32,000 nucleotides of DNA from Candidatus Thorarchaeota archaeon (GTDB taxonomy: Archaea; Asgardarchaeota; Heimdallarchaeia; Hodarchaeales; Hodarchaeaceae), in NCBI GenBank assembly GCA_048882505.1, contig JBHLRO010000010.1, positions 30,001 through 62,000 on the forward strand. The letters are read 5' to 3'. Shown here piece by piece: positions 1-9,084 of the stretch. Position 1 is the first letter of the stretch, and each line of letters begins with the position of its first letter. The notes under the pieces are model-generated. The model had not been told where the DNA came from. It was given only the letters and a program-made list of their open reading frames with translations, and searched no databases. The position numbers were made by a program, and so were the translations under genes.

Positions 1-1292
1 TGTTCACGACCCACAAGTGATTCTGCAAATTTGTGCAGTTTTCGGCTTACATAAGCTTCGGGCGAACCTCCGCCTGTTACGATCTTTCGATCCTCTAATG
101 CATTCCGCACAACGCAGATTGCGTCATGGATGGATCTTTCAGCTTCGTCTACAACGAGTTCAGTACCGCCACGGACCAAAATTGTCACAGCTTTGGCTTC
201 AGGACAATCTTCTACGAAAACCATGTCGTCATCACCGACACTAGTCTCATATACTTTTCCTGCGGTTCCAAGATCATCGGCTGAGAGGTCCTTGATACTA
301 TTAACAATTTTAGCGCCAGTTGCCTTACCAAGTTTTTCCATATCGGACTTTTTAACCCGTCGTACAGCCATGATCCCTTTTTTGGCCAGAAGATGTTGAG
401 CAATGTCATCGATTCCCTTCTGGGCGAGTACTACTTGAGCACCCGATTCGTCAACCTTATCTACCATTTTTGCCAGCATGCCAGCTTCGCGGTCGAGAAA
501 CTCTTGGATTTTTTCTGGATCTGTGATAGAGAGTTCTGAATCAAACTCAGTTTTTGATACCTCAAATGCTTCGGCAATTAGAGCGATTTTTGGATTTGTT
601 AGGCTCTTGGGCATTCCTGCATGGACAACTTCTTTGTCTAACACAATTCCCTTGACCAACAGCGTAGATTCAAGATCTTCCCCTTCTTTTTTCTCCACTT
701 TTATGTTTTCTATATCAATTTTGCCTGTTCCTTCGTCTACACTTTTCACTGCGTCTATAACCAACTTACCTAACATACCACTAGATCGAGACACTATTTT
801 TGATCCCATGGTGGTTGTCACGATTTTGGAAAGTGAAGCATTGTCCTCTGGGGATATTTCCGTGGCAATCTCATTAAGAAGTTCTACTGCTTTCTCTGTG
901 GCTAAACGATAACCTTCCACCAAGATCGTAGGATGGATTTTATCGCTTGTGATTAGATCGGAAGCTTTTTGGAGCAATTCGCCTGCAAGAATTACTACGG
1001 TTGTCGTTCCATCCCCAGCTTCTTGATCCTGCATTTTAGAAAGCTCAACCATCATTTTTCCGATCGGATGTGCTATATCGATCTCTTTCAGAATCGTAGC
1101 TCCATCGTTGGTTATTACCACGTCTCCGAAGTTGTCTAAAAGCATTTTGTCCATGCCTTTAGGCCCCAAGGCTGATCTGATTGCCTCAGAGATAATACGT
1201 GCGGCTGCAATATTGCTAGTGAGCGCGTCTCGTCCAGTAGTCCGAGAAGTATCTTCTTTTAGTATTAATACTGGTGTACCTTGAAAAGACAT
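1..1292 (-). CDS. ths: Thermosome (group II chaperonin) subunit, 3'-truncated by the window edge
   Basis: Not in the ORF track because it runs off the edge. Manual translation from ATG 1292: MSFQGTPVLILKEDTSRTTGRDA...LGPKGMDKML...[11 protein letters not shown]...GDGTTTVVILAGELL...QKGIDDIAQH...[11 protein letters not shown]...GGGSPE. GGAGG at 1304-1300, 7 nt upstream of the ATG. Confidence 0.97.
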   Translation of the reverse strand, partial: MSFQGTPVLILKEDTSRTTGRDALTSNIAAARIISEAIRSALGPKGMDKMLLDNFGDVVITNDGATILKEIDIAHPIGKMMVELSKMQDQEAGDGTTTVVILAGELLQKASDLITSDKIHPTILVEGYRLATEKAVELLNEIATEISPEDNASLSKIVTTTMGSKIVSRSSGMLGKLVIDAVKSVDEGTGKIDIENIKVEKKEGEDLESTLLVKGIVLDKEVVHAGMPKSLTNPKIALIAEAFEVSKTEFDSELSITDPEKIQEFLDREAGMLAKMVDKVDESGAQVVLAQKGIDDIAQHLLAKKGIMAVRRVKKSDMEKLGKATGAKIVNSIKDLSADDLGTAGKVYETSVGDDDMVFVEDCPEAKAVTILVRGGTELVVDEAERSIHDAICVVRNALEDRKIVTGGGSPEAYVSRKLHKFAESLVGRE

Positions 1293-1306
1293 TTTTGTTC
1301 CTCCGT

Positions 1307-2962
1307 CTACATCATTGGTGGCATGCCACCCATGCCACCCATACCGCCCATTCCGCCTGGGGGCATTCCTCCAGGGCCACCTGGGGGGCCTTCCATACTT
1401 TTACTCTGAATCACATCGTCAATTCGTAGTATTAGCTCTGCCGCTTCTCGGGCCGAGAATAGAGCTTGTCTCTTTACTCTTAGTGGTTCAATGATTCCCG
1501 CAGTATAGGCGTCCACATTCTTTCCTGTTTGCACATCGATTCCAGTATTCTTTTCACCTTTTTCATGAGCTGCTCGCAACTCAACTAGGACATCGATTGG
1601 ATCAAGACCTGCGTTTTCCGCAAGGGTACGGGGAATAATCTCAAGGGCGTCTGCAAATGCATCTACTGCCATCTGCTCACGGCCTTTGACCGATCCTGCA
1701 AACTCTTTCAGTCCGCGATACAATTCAACCTCAGGAGCGCCTGCGCCTGCTACGGCCCAGCCATCTTCAAGACAATCTCTTACTACACACAGAGCATCAT
1801 GGAGAGCGCGATCAGCTTCGTCAGTGACGTACTTTGTTCCTCCGCGGATCATAATCGAGACAGATTTGGGATTGGGACAATCACGTACGTATATGAGCTT
1901 ATCATCGCCAATCTGAACTTCTTCTATAAGTCCAGCAGATCCGAGATCATTAGCTGACAAGTCCTTAAGGTTTGTGACGATTCTTCCACCTGTTGCTTTG
2001 CTTAGTCGTTCCATATCGCTTTTCTTGACCCTTCGAACTGCAGCAATCCCTTCTTTAGCGAGGAAGTGCTGAGCCAGATCATCGATTCCTTTTTGGCAAA
2101 GAACAACATTTGCTCCTGCATTTTTGACTGTATCAACCATTTCACGGATCATTGACTGTTCTTGATCGAGGAAGGCATCCATCATAGCGGCGTCAGTAAT
2201 CCTGATCTTGGCGTCGAACTCCGTCTTTTTGATCTCCAAAGCTAGATCGATAAGGGCAATTTTAGCATCTGTAACGGTACGAGGCATTCGTTGATTCACT
2301 ATTTCCTTGTCCAGGACTATTCCATGGATTAATTCCGAGTCGGTTAATCCCTTGCCCTGTTTTTGAATGACTGAAATCATGTCAAGGTCAACGGTGTTTT
2401 CTTCGTCAAGCACTGCTTTAGCAGCTTCCACTGCGATGGTTGCCAAAATATCCTTGGCTCCACCTGTAGATTTAGAGTTAAGACTGGTTCGAGCGACATT
2501 CTTAAGAACCTCCTCATCATTTGGATCGATCTTATTGGCGATCGCCTTGAGGATCTCACTGCTTTTGTCACTTGCCAGCTTATATCCCCCTAAAATCACA
2601 GTAGGGTGAATCTTCTGATCCAACAGTTTCTCAGCGCGTTTGAGGAGTTCGCCGGCAATAATCACGCTTGTAGTTGTCCCATCACCAACTTCCTGATCTT
2701 GGGTTTTGGCGACTTGAACAAGCATTTTAGCAGCGGGATGCTGGACATCGATCTCATCTAATATTGTGGCGCCATCATTGGTGATTACAACATCACCCAG
2801 CGAATCTACGAGAAGTTTGTCCATTCCACGTGGCCCTAAGGCGCTGCGAACTGCATCAGCGACAGCAATTGCGGCCTGAATGTTGTTTCGTTGAGCATCT
2901 CGGCCGCGGGAGCGCTCAGTTCCTTCTTTTAGGATAATAACTGGTTGTCCACCTAGTTGCAT
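1307..2962 (-). CDS. ths: Thermosome (group II chaperonin) subunit, about 551 aa
   Basis: [30 protein letters not shown] and a GGM-repeat C-tail ([16 protein letters not shown]). Start moved to ATG 2962 ([14 protein letters not shown]), which has GAGGT upstream; the track start is 2977. Confidence 0.98.
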   Translation of the reverse strand: MQLGGQPVIILKEGTERSRGRDAQRNNIQAAIAVADAVRSALGPRGMDKLLVDSLGDVVITNDGATILDEIDVQHPAAKMLVQVAKTQDQEVGDGTTTSVIIAGELLKRAEKLLDQKIHPTVILGGYKLASDKSSEILKAIANKIDPNDEEVLKNVARTSLNSKSTGGAKDILATIAVEAAKAVLDEENTVDLDMISVIQKQGKGLTDSELIHGIVLDKEIVNQRMPRTVTDAKIALIDLALEIKKTEFDAKIRITDAAMMDAFLDQEQSMIREMVDTVKNAGANVVLCQKGIDDLAQHFLAKEGIAAVRRVKKSDMERLSKATGGRIVTNLKDLSANDLGSAGLIEEVQIGDDKLIYVRDCPNPKSVSIMIRGGTKYVTDEADRALHDALCVVRDCLEDGWAVAGAGAPEVELYRGLKEFAGSVKGREQMAVDAFADALEIIPRTLAENAGLDPIDVLVELRAAHEKGEKNTGIDVQTGKNVDAYTAGIIEPLRVKRQALFSAREAAELILRIDDVIQSKSMEGPPGGPGGMPPGGMGGMGGMGGMPPMM

Positions 2963-3296
2963 GGTAGTTAACCTCATCTTTTAATATTCAAAAAAAATAA
3001 ACTCTTTACAATGGTTTACTCGATGTTCTCCCAATAGACGGAGAACTAAAGAGGTATTACCCTCACGACTGTCGATTTTAATAGAGGGTTATAAACAATA
3101 TCCGGAAGCAGTTAGCGCCGAATGGATTCTAAAACCTTGTATGATAGAGGCCCAACCTACCGGAGATTTGAACGATTTTCTGGCGTATAATAACGAAACC
3201 TGCTCTGATTGGGAATAGATCAAAGAATTTGCGTTTAATTGGTAGAAAATTCTAAGACTCGGACTTATTTCGAACAAGAGGACTAATAAGGGAGCT

Positions 3297-3333
3297 TTTT
3301 CCCGAACAAAGGGAAAATCACCACTTTTCCCTT
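3297..3333. repeat. Alternating inverted repeat TTTTCCC-N7-GGGAAAA-N7-TTTTCCC in the thermosome/histone intergenic region
   Basis: TTTTCCC 3297-3303, GGGAAAA 3311-3317, TTTTCCC 3325-3331. The right stem extends to 9 bp (AAGGGAAAA 3309-3317 / TTTTCCCTT 3325-3333). Confidence 0.8.
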
Positions 3334-3467
3334 ACATAAAGTAACCCCTCGCTCGTTCGCCTCACAGGTTGACCGAGTGGAATCATCGAAGATGTCTTCC
3401 CCGACACACTCTCTAGGGTTAACCTCTTCCCTAGTACGACTAGTACATCAACCATAATAAGATAATC

Positions 3468-3475
3468 TTTATAAA
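3468..3475 (+). promoter_or_regulatory. Candidate TATA box (TTTATAAA) upstream of the histone gene
   Basis: Palindromic TTTATAAA in an AT-rich stretch about 95 nt before the histone ATG; matches the archaeal TATA consensus. Confidence 0.5.
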
Positions 3476-3569
3476 GAATAAGAAATCCGAGACATTTGTT
3501 CTGCTATCAGATCTATGATAGCCGGACAAACTACCCATAATCAGATAAACGGAGAAAAGGTGAAAGCAT

Positions 3570-3776
3570 ATGGCTGGAGGCTTTGCTTCTGCTCGGATTG
3601 AGAAGATCATTCGTAACGCTGGCGCACGACGTGTGTCTGCTGATGCGATCGATCGGTTGAACGAAATCATTACCGACTTCGGCACCAACATTGCCAAGTA
3701 CGCGGTTGAAATTGCTCGACACTCTGGGCGGAAAACTGTTAAAGAATCAGACATTAAACTGGCAGCAACCAAGTAA
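3570..3776 (+). CDS. Archaeal histone (HMfA/HMfB-type, single fold, no tail), 68 aa
   Basis: ARIEKIIRNAGARRVSADA...YAVEIARHSGRKTVKESDIKLA matches the histone fold with the conserved R-V-S and H-x-G-R-K-T-V-x-x-x-D motifs. Confidence 0.97.
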   Translation: MAGGFASARIEKIIRNAGARRVSADAIDRLNEIITDFGTNIAKYAVEIARHSGRKTVKESDIKLAATK

Positions 3777-3820
3777 TCAGGGCAATCTCAACCCCTTATG
3801 CACTTGTGACCCAGTTAAGT

Positions 3821-6013
3821 CTATTCCCCCCCTCTTTTTTTCTTGTTCTGATGTTTTTTTGGCTTTTTCCTTGCATTCCGAGATCTGGCGATGTTTGCAA
3901 GCATTTCTCGGAGAAGCTCCATGTCATTATAGCTTGATTCCAGGATTTCTTCAAAAATAATCTTATCTAACATCAGCCGATCAGGTTGTTCCATCTCGTC
4001 CCAAATAGGCAGAATTTTTCTGGTACTCATCCGTTGCAAAATTCTACGGATTTTATTCTTCTGTTCTAGTAGGATCCTATTCGGATTAAGCATTGGTAAG
4101 CTTTTAAGTTCATATACGCGAGTTTGATTTGATATGGTGCCATCACGATTCTCTATGTATCGCCCTCCAAATTCAATCATCATCATTCCGAAGGTCGAAT
4201 TAAGGATCCCCAAAATGATTGGTATTTCGTCTGGATTCTGGGGAAAGACATTATAAAATCCGTAATTACTCATAAAACACTTGTTTAAAATGAGATCTTT
4301 TTGGGAAGGATGATATTGAAAGGTGATTTCACGGTTGGTTTGAATTTCAAAATGAAGTAAGGGTGCTGCAATACCATAATCAATATTGTACCATTCTTTG
4401 CCTGATTTTGTTATTCTGTTTTGACACGTTGGCCGAGTACTATACGGTTTGTTTGGTGGAAATCCCTCCCCAAATTCAATGTACTTTAGAACTTTCTTGT
4501 TCTCCTTCTTTAGCTCCTCCTTGGATTTTGATACTGTTAGGCAGTATCCATCATTTGTGCTAATCCTGATTTTGGACTGGAATTTGAATTTCCAAAGAAT
4601 GGGACTAATAAATTCACTCTCTATTTCGAACTTGAGTGACCGTAAATCCTTTTTACCTTGGATTATCATTTTTTGAGCATTTAATTCTTTTACCTCGAAA
4701 TTAATGTTCGGAAAATAAAAGAACTCATTGGCTCCACTCTTTAGGCCTGTGGTTATACTAGCGATATCTCCTAGGTTAACAATGAGGCCCTTTGTTTTAT
4801 TAGACTCCAGAACATGGTAGAAGGATTTTGGAGCAGTTAAAAACTTACCCCATTTTTCTTCTGGTAACAATTCTTTTTGATTAATTGATAGAATGCGCAT
4901 TGTTTCTGTTTCTTCGATATTAATTCGGCCGAGATTTACAGAATCTCGATTGCGGCCCGCGTTCCTATTTGAATTTTCGACTTTGCGTACAAACTCATCA
5001 ATCTGGGGCCACCTCTTCTTGAGATCTCTAACCTTTTTTTGGCCAATTGAAGGGAAAATTTCTTCTAGGTTTGATTTTATCTGTACAAAGCTTACTTGAT
5101 GCTTTTCCCTCTCGGAACGTCTAGTTTCTGTCTCTAAAATTAGAATACACGGGATCATTTGTGCATCAGTGAACCATTTTTCGTTTAAAGATTCAATCAA
5201 AGCAATCAGTTTAAAATTCCTCAATAGAAAACGCTTTAGTTCAATACCGAAGGAGACATCTAAAAAAGAACGCAACATGACATAGCCAATACGATTTCCA
5301 TTATTGCCATCAATGAAACTGGCACCGTGCACAAGGAAATGCGCATAAATGCCCGTTCGAGAATTTAAGGAAACGTCATAATCCCTTGATGTAACTTCGT
5401 TTAACTTGACCTTATATTCTTCATCTAGAAGTTCTTGACGAGAATAGGGTGGATTTCCGATTACGACATCAATGGTTGGTAATTGAGAAGATTCTGAGGA
5501 AGAGACATCAAAAAAATCCGCTGTGATTATTTGTGCTAGATTTCTATTGAAATCCGGCACACGTGATATTAGATTGATATGGGCAAGCTGACTAGCAGGC
5601 TCTGAGCGTTCTATGCCCCAAATTTGGGTTAGTATTTTCTGATTTAGTCCTTGAGGGTCAAGATATTTCAGACGATAGAAAGTTCGGACGAGAAAGCTAC
5701 CCGTTCCACATGAGGGGTCTAATACTGTGACATTAGAGTTTTTTACACAAAAACCTAGGATTAGATCTACAATATCTGATCGAGTATAATGCTGACCGAA
5801 ACAATATCGCTCCCGATCAGGGATTAGGCGAACGAGGATTTCTCCCAAAATATCAATGGGTACCTTGTATAAAATCTTCGAGGTTCTTTCAGTCAAGCCT
5901 TTTCTCTGATTTTCAATGATTTGGAAGACAAGATCCCGTAAAGTGGCATATTCTTCTGCATTAATCGAGAGGGAGCCTGTTCCGAGTTCGTAATCGTAAT
6001 GACCCTGATTCAA
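3821..6013 (-). CDS. N6-adenine DNA methyltransferase (gamma class, TaqI/Eco57I-like) with C-terminal target-recognition region and no evident nuclease domain
   Basis: GQHYT, motif I VLDPSCGTGSFL, motif IV IGNPPY, later FTDAQMIPCIL and ITTGLKSGANEFF. TTG start. Only about 70 aa precede GQHYT. Confidence 0.9.
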   Translation of the reverse strand: MNQGHYDYELGTGSLSINAEEYATLRDLVFQIIENQRKGLTERTSKILYKVPIDILGEILVRLIPDRERYCFGQHYTRSDIVDLILGFCVKNSNVTVLDPSCGTGSFLVRTFYRLKYLDPQGLNQKILTQIWGIERSEPASQLAHINLISRVPDFNRNLAQIITADFFDVSSSESSQLPTIDVVIGNPPYSRQELLDEEYKVKLNEVTSRDYDVSLNSRTGIYAHFLVHGASFIDGNNGNRIGYVMLRSFLDVSFGIELKRFLLRNFKLIALIESLNEKWFTDAQMIPCILILETETRRSEREKHQVSFVQIKSNLEEIFPSIGQKKVRDLKKRWPQIDEFVRKVENSNRNAGRNRDSVNLGRINIEETETMRILSINQKELLPEEKWGKFLTAPKSFYHVLESNKTKGLIVNLGDIASITTGLKSGANEFFYFPNINFEVKELNAQKMIIQGKKDLRSLKFEIESEFISPILWKFKFQSKIRISTNDGYCLTVSKSKEELKKENKKVLKYIEFGEGFPPNKPYSTRPTCQNRITKSGKEWYNIDYGIAAPLLHFEIQTNREITFQYHPSQKDLILNKCFMSNYGFYNVFPQNPDEIPIILGILNSTFGMMMIEFGGRYIENRDGTISNQTRVYELKSLPMLNPNRILLEQKNKIRRILQRMSTRKILPIWDEMEQPDRLMLDKIIFEEILESSYNDMELLREMLANIARSRNARKKPKKHQNKKKRGGE

Positions 6014-6068
6014 TTGAGAGAAATCCGCCCCTTCATTGTTTCGATGGTTACTTGAGTCCCAAGACTGT

Positions 6069-6311
6069 TTAATGCATCGTATGGCGGAGTTTTACCTCCT
6101 CGATAAGGGAGGAAAAAGCCTCGTTTCGCAGTTTGCATGTGATAAGTGCGAATCCACGATCATCGGGGAAGCAATGAACTTCGAGATTGTTATGAAGGAT
6201 AACCTGGGTCGCATCCCTGACTTCAATGGGGGCCTCCAATTCCTTGGCGAGGTCCTTCATAAATTCTCTCCCCTTTTCCCACGTAGAAATCCTGAATTTC
6301 AGACGTTTTAT
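6069..6311 (-). CDS. Hypothetical protein, about 80 aa (probable ATA start at 6311; first in-frame ATG outside the PLD overlap is 6260)
   Basis: Protein-like frame KRLKFRISTWEKGREFMKDLAKELEAPIEVRDATQVILHNNLEVHCFPDDRGFALITCKLRNEAFSSLIEEVKLRHTMH fills the PLD-MTase gap. GGAGG (6324-6320) is 8 nt before an in-frame ATA overlapping the PLD stop. Confidence 0.7.
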   Translation of the reverse strand: MKRLKFRISTWEKGREFMKDLAKELEAPIEVRDATQVILHNNLEVHCFPDDRGFALITCKLRNEAFSSLIEEVKLRHTMH

Positions 6312-8461
6312 TTTGTTCGCCTCCGGGAGCGTATGAGGGGTAGCCAAACCAGGGCCACCAATATGATTTCCCATTGCCAAGGTGTATCTTCCGATGAGAC
6401 CATAGTGGATATGAAACCCGGGTCAGGTGTCCCGACTGTAAAATCGGAAGCTGAGTTTGTATCCCTATCCGCAGGTACACGAAGTAATGCTTCCCCTTCG
6501 TTAGGAGTAGATAACACTTCAGAACCATCGGGGGCGGAAGCTGAACCATAAGCCACCACATCTACATATTGTCCTAGGACATCGAGGAGTTGTACAAAAT
6601 CTCCTGATTGCACCAGTGTGAACGGGAGTTCGATGTCAGCTGTGAATCCATAAGCACCCTGGAATCCAGTTTCGTTTCGCGCTATGATCATCACTTGCCC
6701 TGCGGTAATCCTAGTACCGATCGGAAAAGTGTGTAGGTGATCCTCGTCTCCCACCTGCCACCCCTCAATTAACAAGGAGAAGGAGTAGCTATTCGCTATC
6801 TCGAAATACTCGCCCTCCGAGTCTAATACAGGACTAGCAGGATTTGGCAAGAGTTCAGTGATCAAAAATTTCCAGCTTTCACCAGCTGGTTGATTCACAA
6901 CATTCACAGTTGCTGAATCTGTAAATGTTCCCAAGGAAACTGAGATTGCGCGGACCTCAAAGGCATGTATTCCATTTGAAAGAGAAACAGTATCATAAGA
7001 TATAGTGAACGAGTCGTTATCAAGAGTTACGCTGGTGAAACTGCCAGTATCCCATCGGTAGGAAACAGTTGAATCGTTTAGACCAGAAATCTGTCCACCA
7101 AGGGTAACACTTCCCATAACCACCTCTGCCTGAGAAAAACTGGTTTGTTTTATACCTATCGGGAGTTCCCAAGGCGAAGCTGCCGCTATGTCTTTATCCC
7201 AGACCTCTGTTTTAAAAAATGAGGCGATATCGGTTGCATCGTGGATCGCAATACCCATGTCACGATTGGTACTGGAGCTCCCATAGCTAGTTGCATTGGG
7301 AGTGACGGATCGTGGGGACCAGTTACCACTGTAAACAAACGTATGCTTTCCATCTATAATCCAATACTTGTTATGATAGTAATTTAATCCTGTTGTGGAG
7401 TTGTAAACGGGTATTAAATTATCCACAAGAGATTGAGCGGCCTGTTTCGTATCTAAATTCTCATCTGATCCGACTCTTCGATTGGAAATTAGGACATGGA
7501 TGTCCATATTTGGATTGGCCTTTTTAAGATCGATAAGGGTCTTATTAAACTCAGGGCGGCTTATCGTGTACATGGAGACATAGACAGAGGTTGTCGCGGC
7601 CTTTAGGTAGCGGAAAATTACATCATCCGCATTATCTGGATTGGTAAAGAGGGTTACGTTATAAGTGCCAGTAAAGTTGGTACGAGGGATGTTTGTATGG
7701 CTGGCAAATCCACTTAGAATCTTTGCATTATTACCTGATGTGTAAATCTTAGCGGGTGGAGCACGCGTAATGGGGGCTGGGATGGGGATTTCGCCATCTG
7801 CCCAATCTTCTTCAAAAATCGATTTGTAGTAGTTCGTCACCGTGGCACTCTGAATGACTATCCCCGCTTCGCGATTATATTTAAACGCATTTTCTCCAAA
7901 ATTAATAGAACTAAGGAGAGTCACCTTGTCATCAATTAGGACCAGCTTATTGTGGGTGGAGGAAAGCCAACTGTTGTCTTTTGTACTACTCTGAGTCCCC
8001 ATCCACCGTACCTCTATCCCCTTACTTAGCAAATAGTCTGTAACATTATCCGAATCGGCATCATCCCTGACTTGGATCCGAACATTTACCCCTCGACTCT
8101 GATTGGCATCCACAATTGCCCGGACTATAGGATTCGCATCAGTATCCCATTCGGTATACCAGGTGCTGTTAAATTGGGTGATATATTGGTTTTGAATCTC
8201 TATTGAGGTGTTGGCTCGGCTAAGCCACCAGACATGAATATCCAATGCGTTATCAGGAGTAAACATTGGACTTAGGGTCATTGATTCTTTGGTGTTGAGA
8301 GCGGGAAAAGTTGAAGTATAGGTAGTCGGACTTTGGATTCTTGACCGACTCATTGTAGGTTGGGGTGATGTAGATTCCCCATTGATTAAATTAAATGCAA
8401 TGAGTAACAAACCTATAATGCAAAAAACTCCTAAGAGGGAGGGGGTTCCTTTTTTCATCAT
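6308..8461 (-). CDS. Secreted/surface-anchored phospholipase D-like protein (2 HKD motifs) + Ig-like domain + lamin-tail domain + C-terminal TM/basic anchor
   Basis: N-terminal signal (MMKKG-hydrophobic). HNKLVLIDDK...SSINF...NREAG and YHNKYWIIDGK...SGNW...NRDMG. LTD signature FLITELLPNP...EGEYFEIAN...IEGWQV. Ends WEIILVALVWLPLIRSRRRTK. Confidence 0.9.
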   Translation of the reverse strand: MMKKGTPSLLGVFCIIGLLLIAFNLINGESTSPQPTMSRSRIQSPTTYTSTFPALNTKESMTLSPMFTPDNALDIHVWWLSRANTSIEIQNQYITQFNSTWYTEWDTDANPIVRAIVDANQSRGVNVRIQVRDDADSDNVTDYLLSKGIEVRWMGTQSSTKDNSWLSSTHNKLVLIDDKVTLLSSINFGENAFKYNREAGIVIQSATVTNYYKSIFEEDWADGEIPIPAPITRAPPAKIYTSGNNAKILSGFASHTNIPRTNFTGTYNVTLFTNPDNADDVIFRYLKAATTSVYVSMYTISRPEFNKTLIDLKKANPNMDIHVLISNRRVGSDENLDTKQAAQSLVDNLIPVYNSTTGLNYYHNKYWIIDGKHTFVYSGNWSPRSVTPNATSYGSSSTNRDMGIAIHDATDIASFFKTEVWDKDIAAASPWELPIGIKQTSFSQAEVVMGSVTLGGQISGLNDSTVSYRWDTGSFTSVTLDNDSFTISYDTVSLSNGIHAFEVRAISVSLGTFTDSATVNVVNQPAGESWKFLITELLPNPASPVLDSEGEYFEIANSYSFSLLIEGWQVGDEDHLHTFPIGTRITAGQVMIIARNETGFQGAYGFTADIELPFTLVQSGDFVQLLDVLGQYVDVVAYGSASAPDGSEVLSTPNEGEALLRVPADRDTNSASDFTVGTPDPGFISTMVSSEDTPWQWEIILVALVWLPLIRSRRRTK

Positions 8462-8510
8462 TATTCCTCGTTTTGGCTTAGCTAGTTACTATGCCTCCCT
8501 CAATGACATT

Positions 8511-9008
8511 TTAATGATCCTTGCTACCCTTCAAGGCTTCTAACGCCTCAAAGATTTTCTTTTCGTCAGGGGTAACGCCAAGTTCTGGCGTAACATCAAT
8601 GTAGCGTATTATTCCCTTTTTATCAACTATAAAAATTGCTCGTTTGGCGAATCCAAGCTGAGGAATGAAGACACCGTATTTCTTGGTAACCTCTGCGTAA
8701 GGCGCCCAATCTGCGAGCAAGGGATAATCTATCCCTCCGAGATGCTCTATCCACGCCACGTGGACCGGGATTGATGCTATCCCAATTGCGAGTACTTGGG
8801 TATCCAAGGCATCAAATTTGTTTAGCTTTTCTGAATATGAAGGTATCTGATGAGAACATACTGCGGTAAAATCCTGAGGATAAAATACCAACATTACATT
8901 TTTTTTTCCACGATAGTCAGATAGAGTAACCTTTTTACCATCTTGAGCTTTTAATGTAAAATCAGGAGCTTGTTCACCTATTTGGAGTTTCGTTCCTTCC
9001 TGTTCCAT
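8511..9008 (-). CDS. 1-Cys peroxiredoxin (AhpC/TSA family, AhpE/BCP-like)
   Basis: APDFTL...FYPQDFTAVC (PxxxTxxC)...YPLLAD...KRAIFIVDKKGIIRY. Start set at ATG 9008 (GGTGA upstream) rather than the track start 9095. Only one Cys in the mature frame. Confidence 0.93.
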   Translation of the reverse strand: MEQEGTKLQIGEQAPDFTLKAQDGKKVTLSDYRGKKNVMLVFYPQDFTAVCSHQIPSYSEKLNKFDALDTQVLAIGIASIPVHVAWIEHLGGIDYPLLADWAPYAEVTKKYGVFIPQLGFAKRAIFIVDKKGIIRYIDVTPELGVTPDEKKIFEALEALKGSKDH

Positions 9009-9061
9009 TTGATTCACCGTAAATAGACAAAAGACCTGCAATATTAAAAACATTAATCCCA

Positions 9062-9084
9062 ATTTACTCCAAAATCGAGTAAAT
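9062..9084. promoter_or_regulatory. Perfect 8-bp inverted repeat ATTTACTC-N7-GAGTAAAT, candidate operator
   Basis: Read directly. Lies just upstream of a TTTTAATA-like box (about 9041-9048, minus strand) of the peroxiredoxin gene, in the divergent prx/tldD spacer. Confidence 0.45.

Noticed and set aside
17-912. Short track ORFs 17-244, 130-399, 212-409 and 478-912
   Set aside because: All overlap the edge-truncated thermosome gene, which explains the region.
3000-3277. Track ORF 3089-3277 (-) and an ATG-poor open plus frame ending near 3219
   Set aside because: No RBS, no motif, atypical composition; likely chance frames in a regulatory spacer.
3100-3460. SRP RNA, RNase P RNA, box C/D RNA or tRNA in the spacer
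   Set aside because: TCCGGAAGCAG only partly resembles SRP helix 8; no GAGGAAAGTCC, no clean C/D box pair, no T-loop GTTCRA cloverleaf.
3440-3960. ORFs 3440-3772 (-), 3531-3722 (-) and 3691-3960 (+)
   Set aside because: Shadows of the histone and MTase genes.
6036-6561. ORFs 6036-6551 (+) and 6223-6561 (-)
   Set aside because: Antisense or alternate-frame overlaps of the PLD and 80-aa genes, with no motifs.
3821-8461. PLD + MTase as a BfiI-type restriction-modification system
   Set aside because: The PLD has a signal peptide, LTD and membrane anchor and lacks a recognisable DNA-recognition domain, so it is unlikely to be a cytoplasmic REase.
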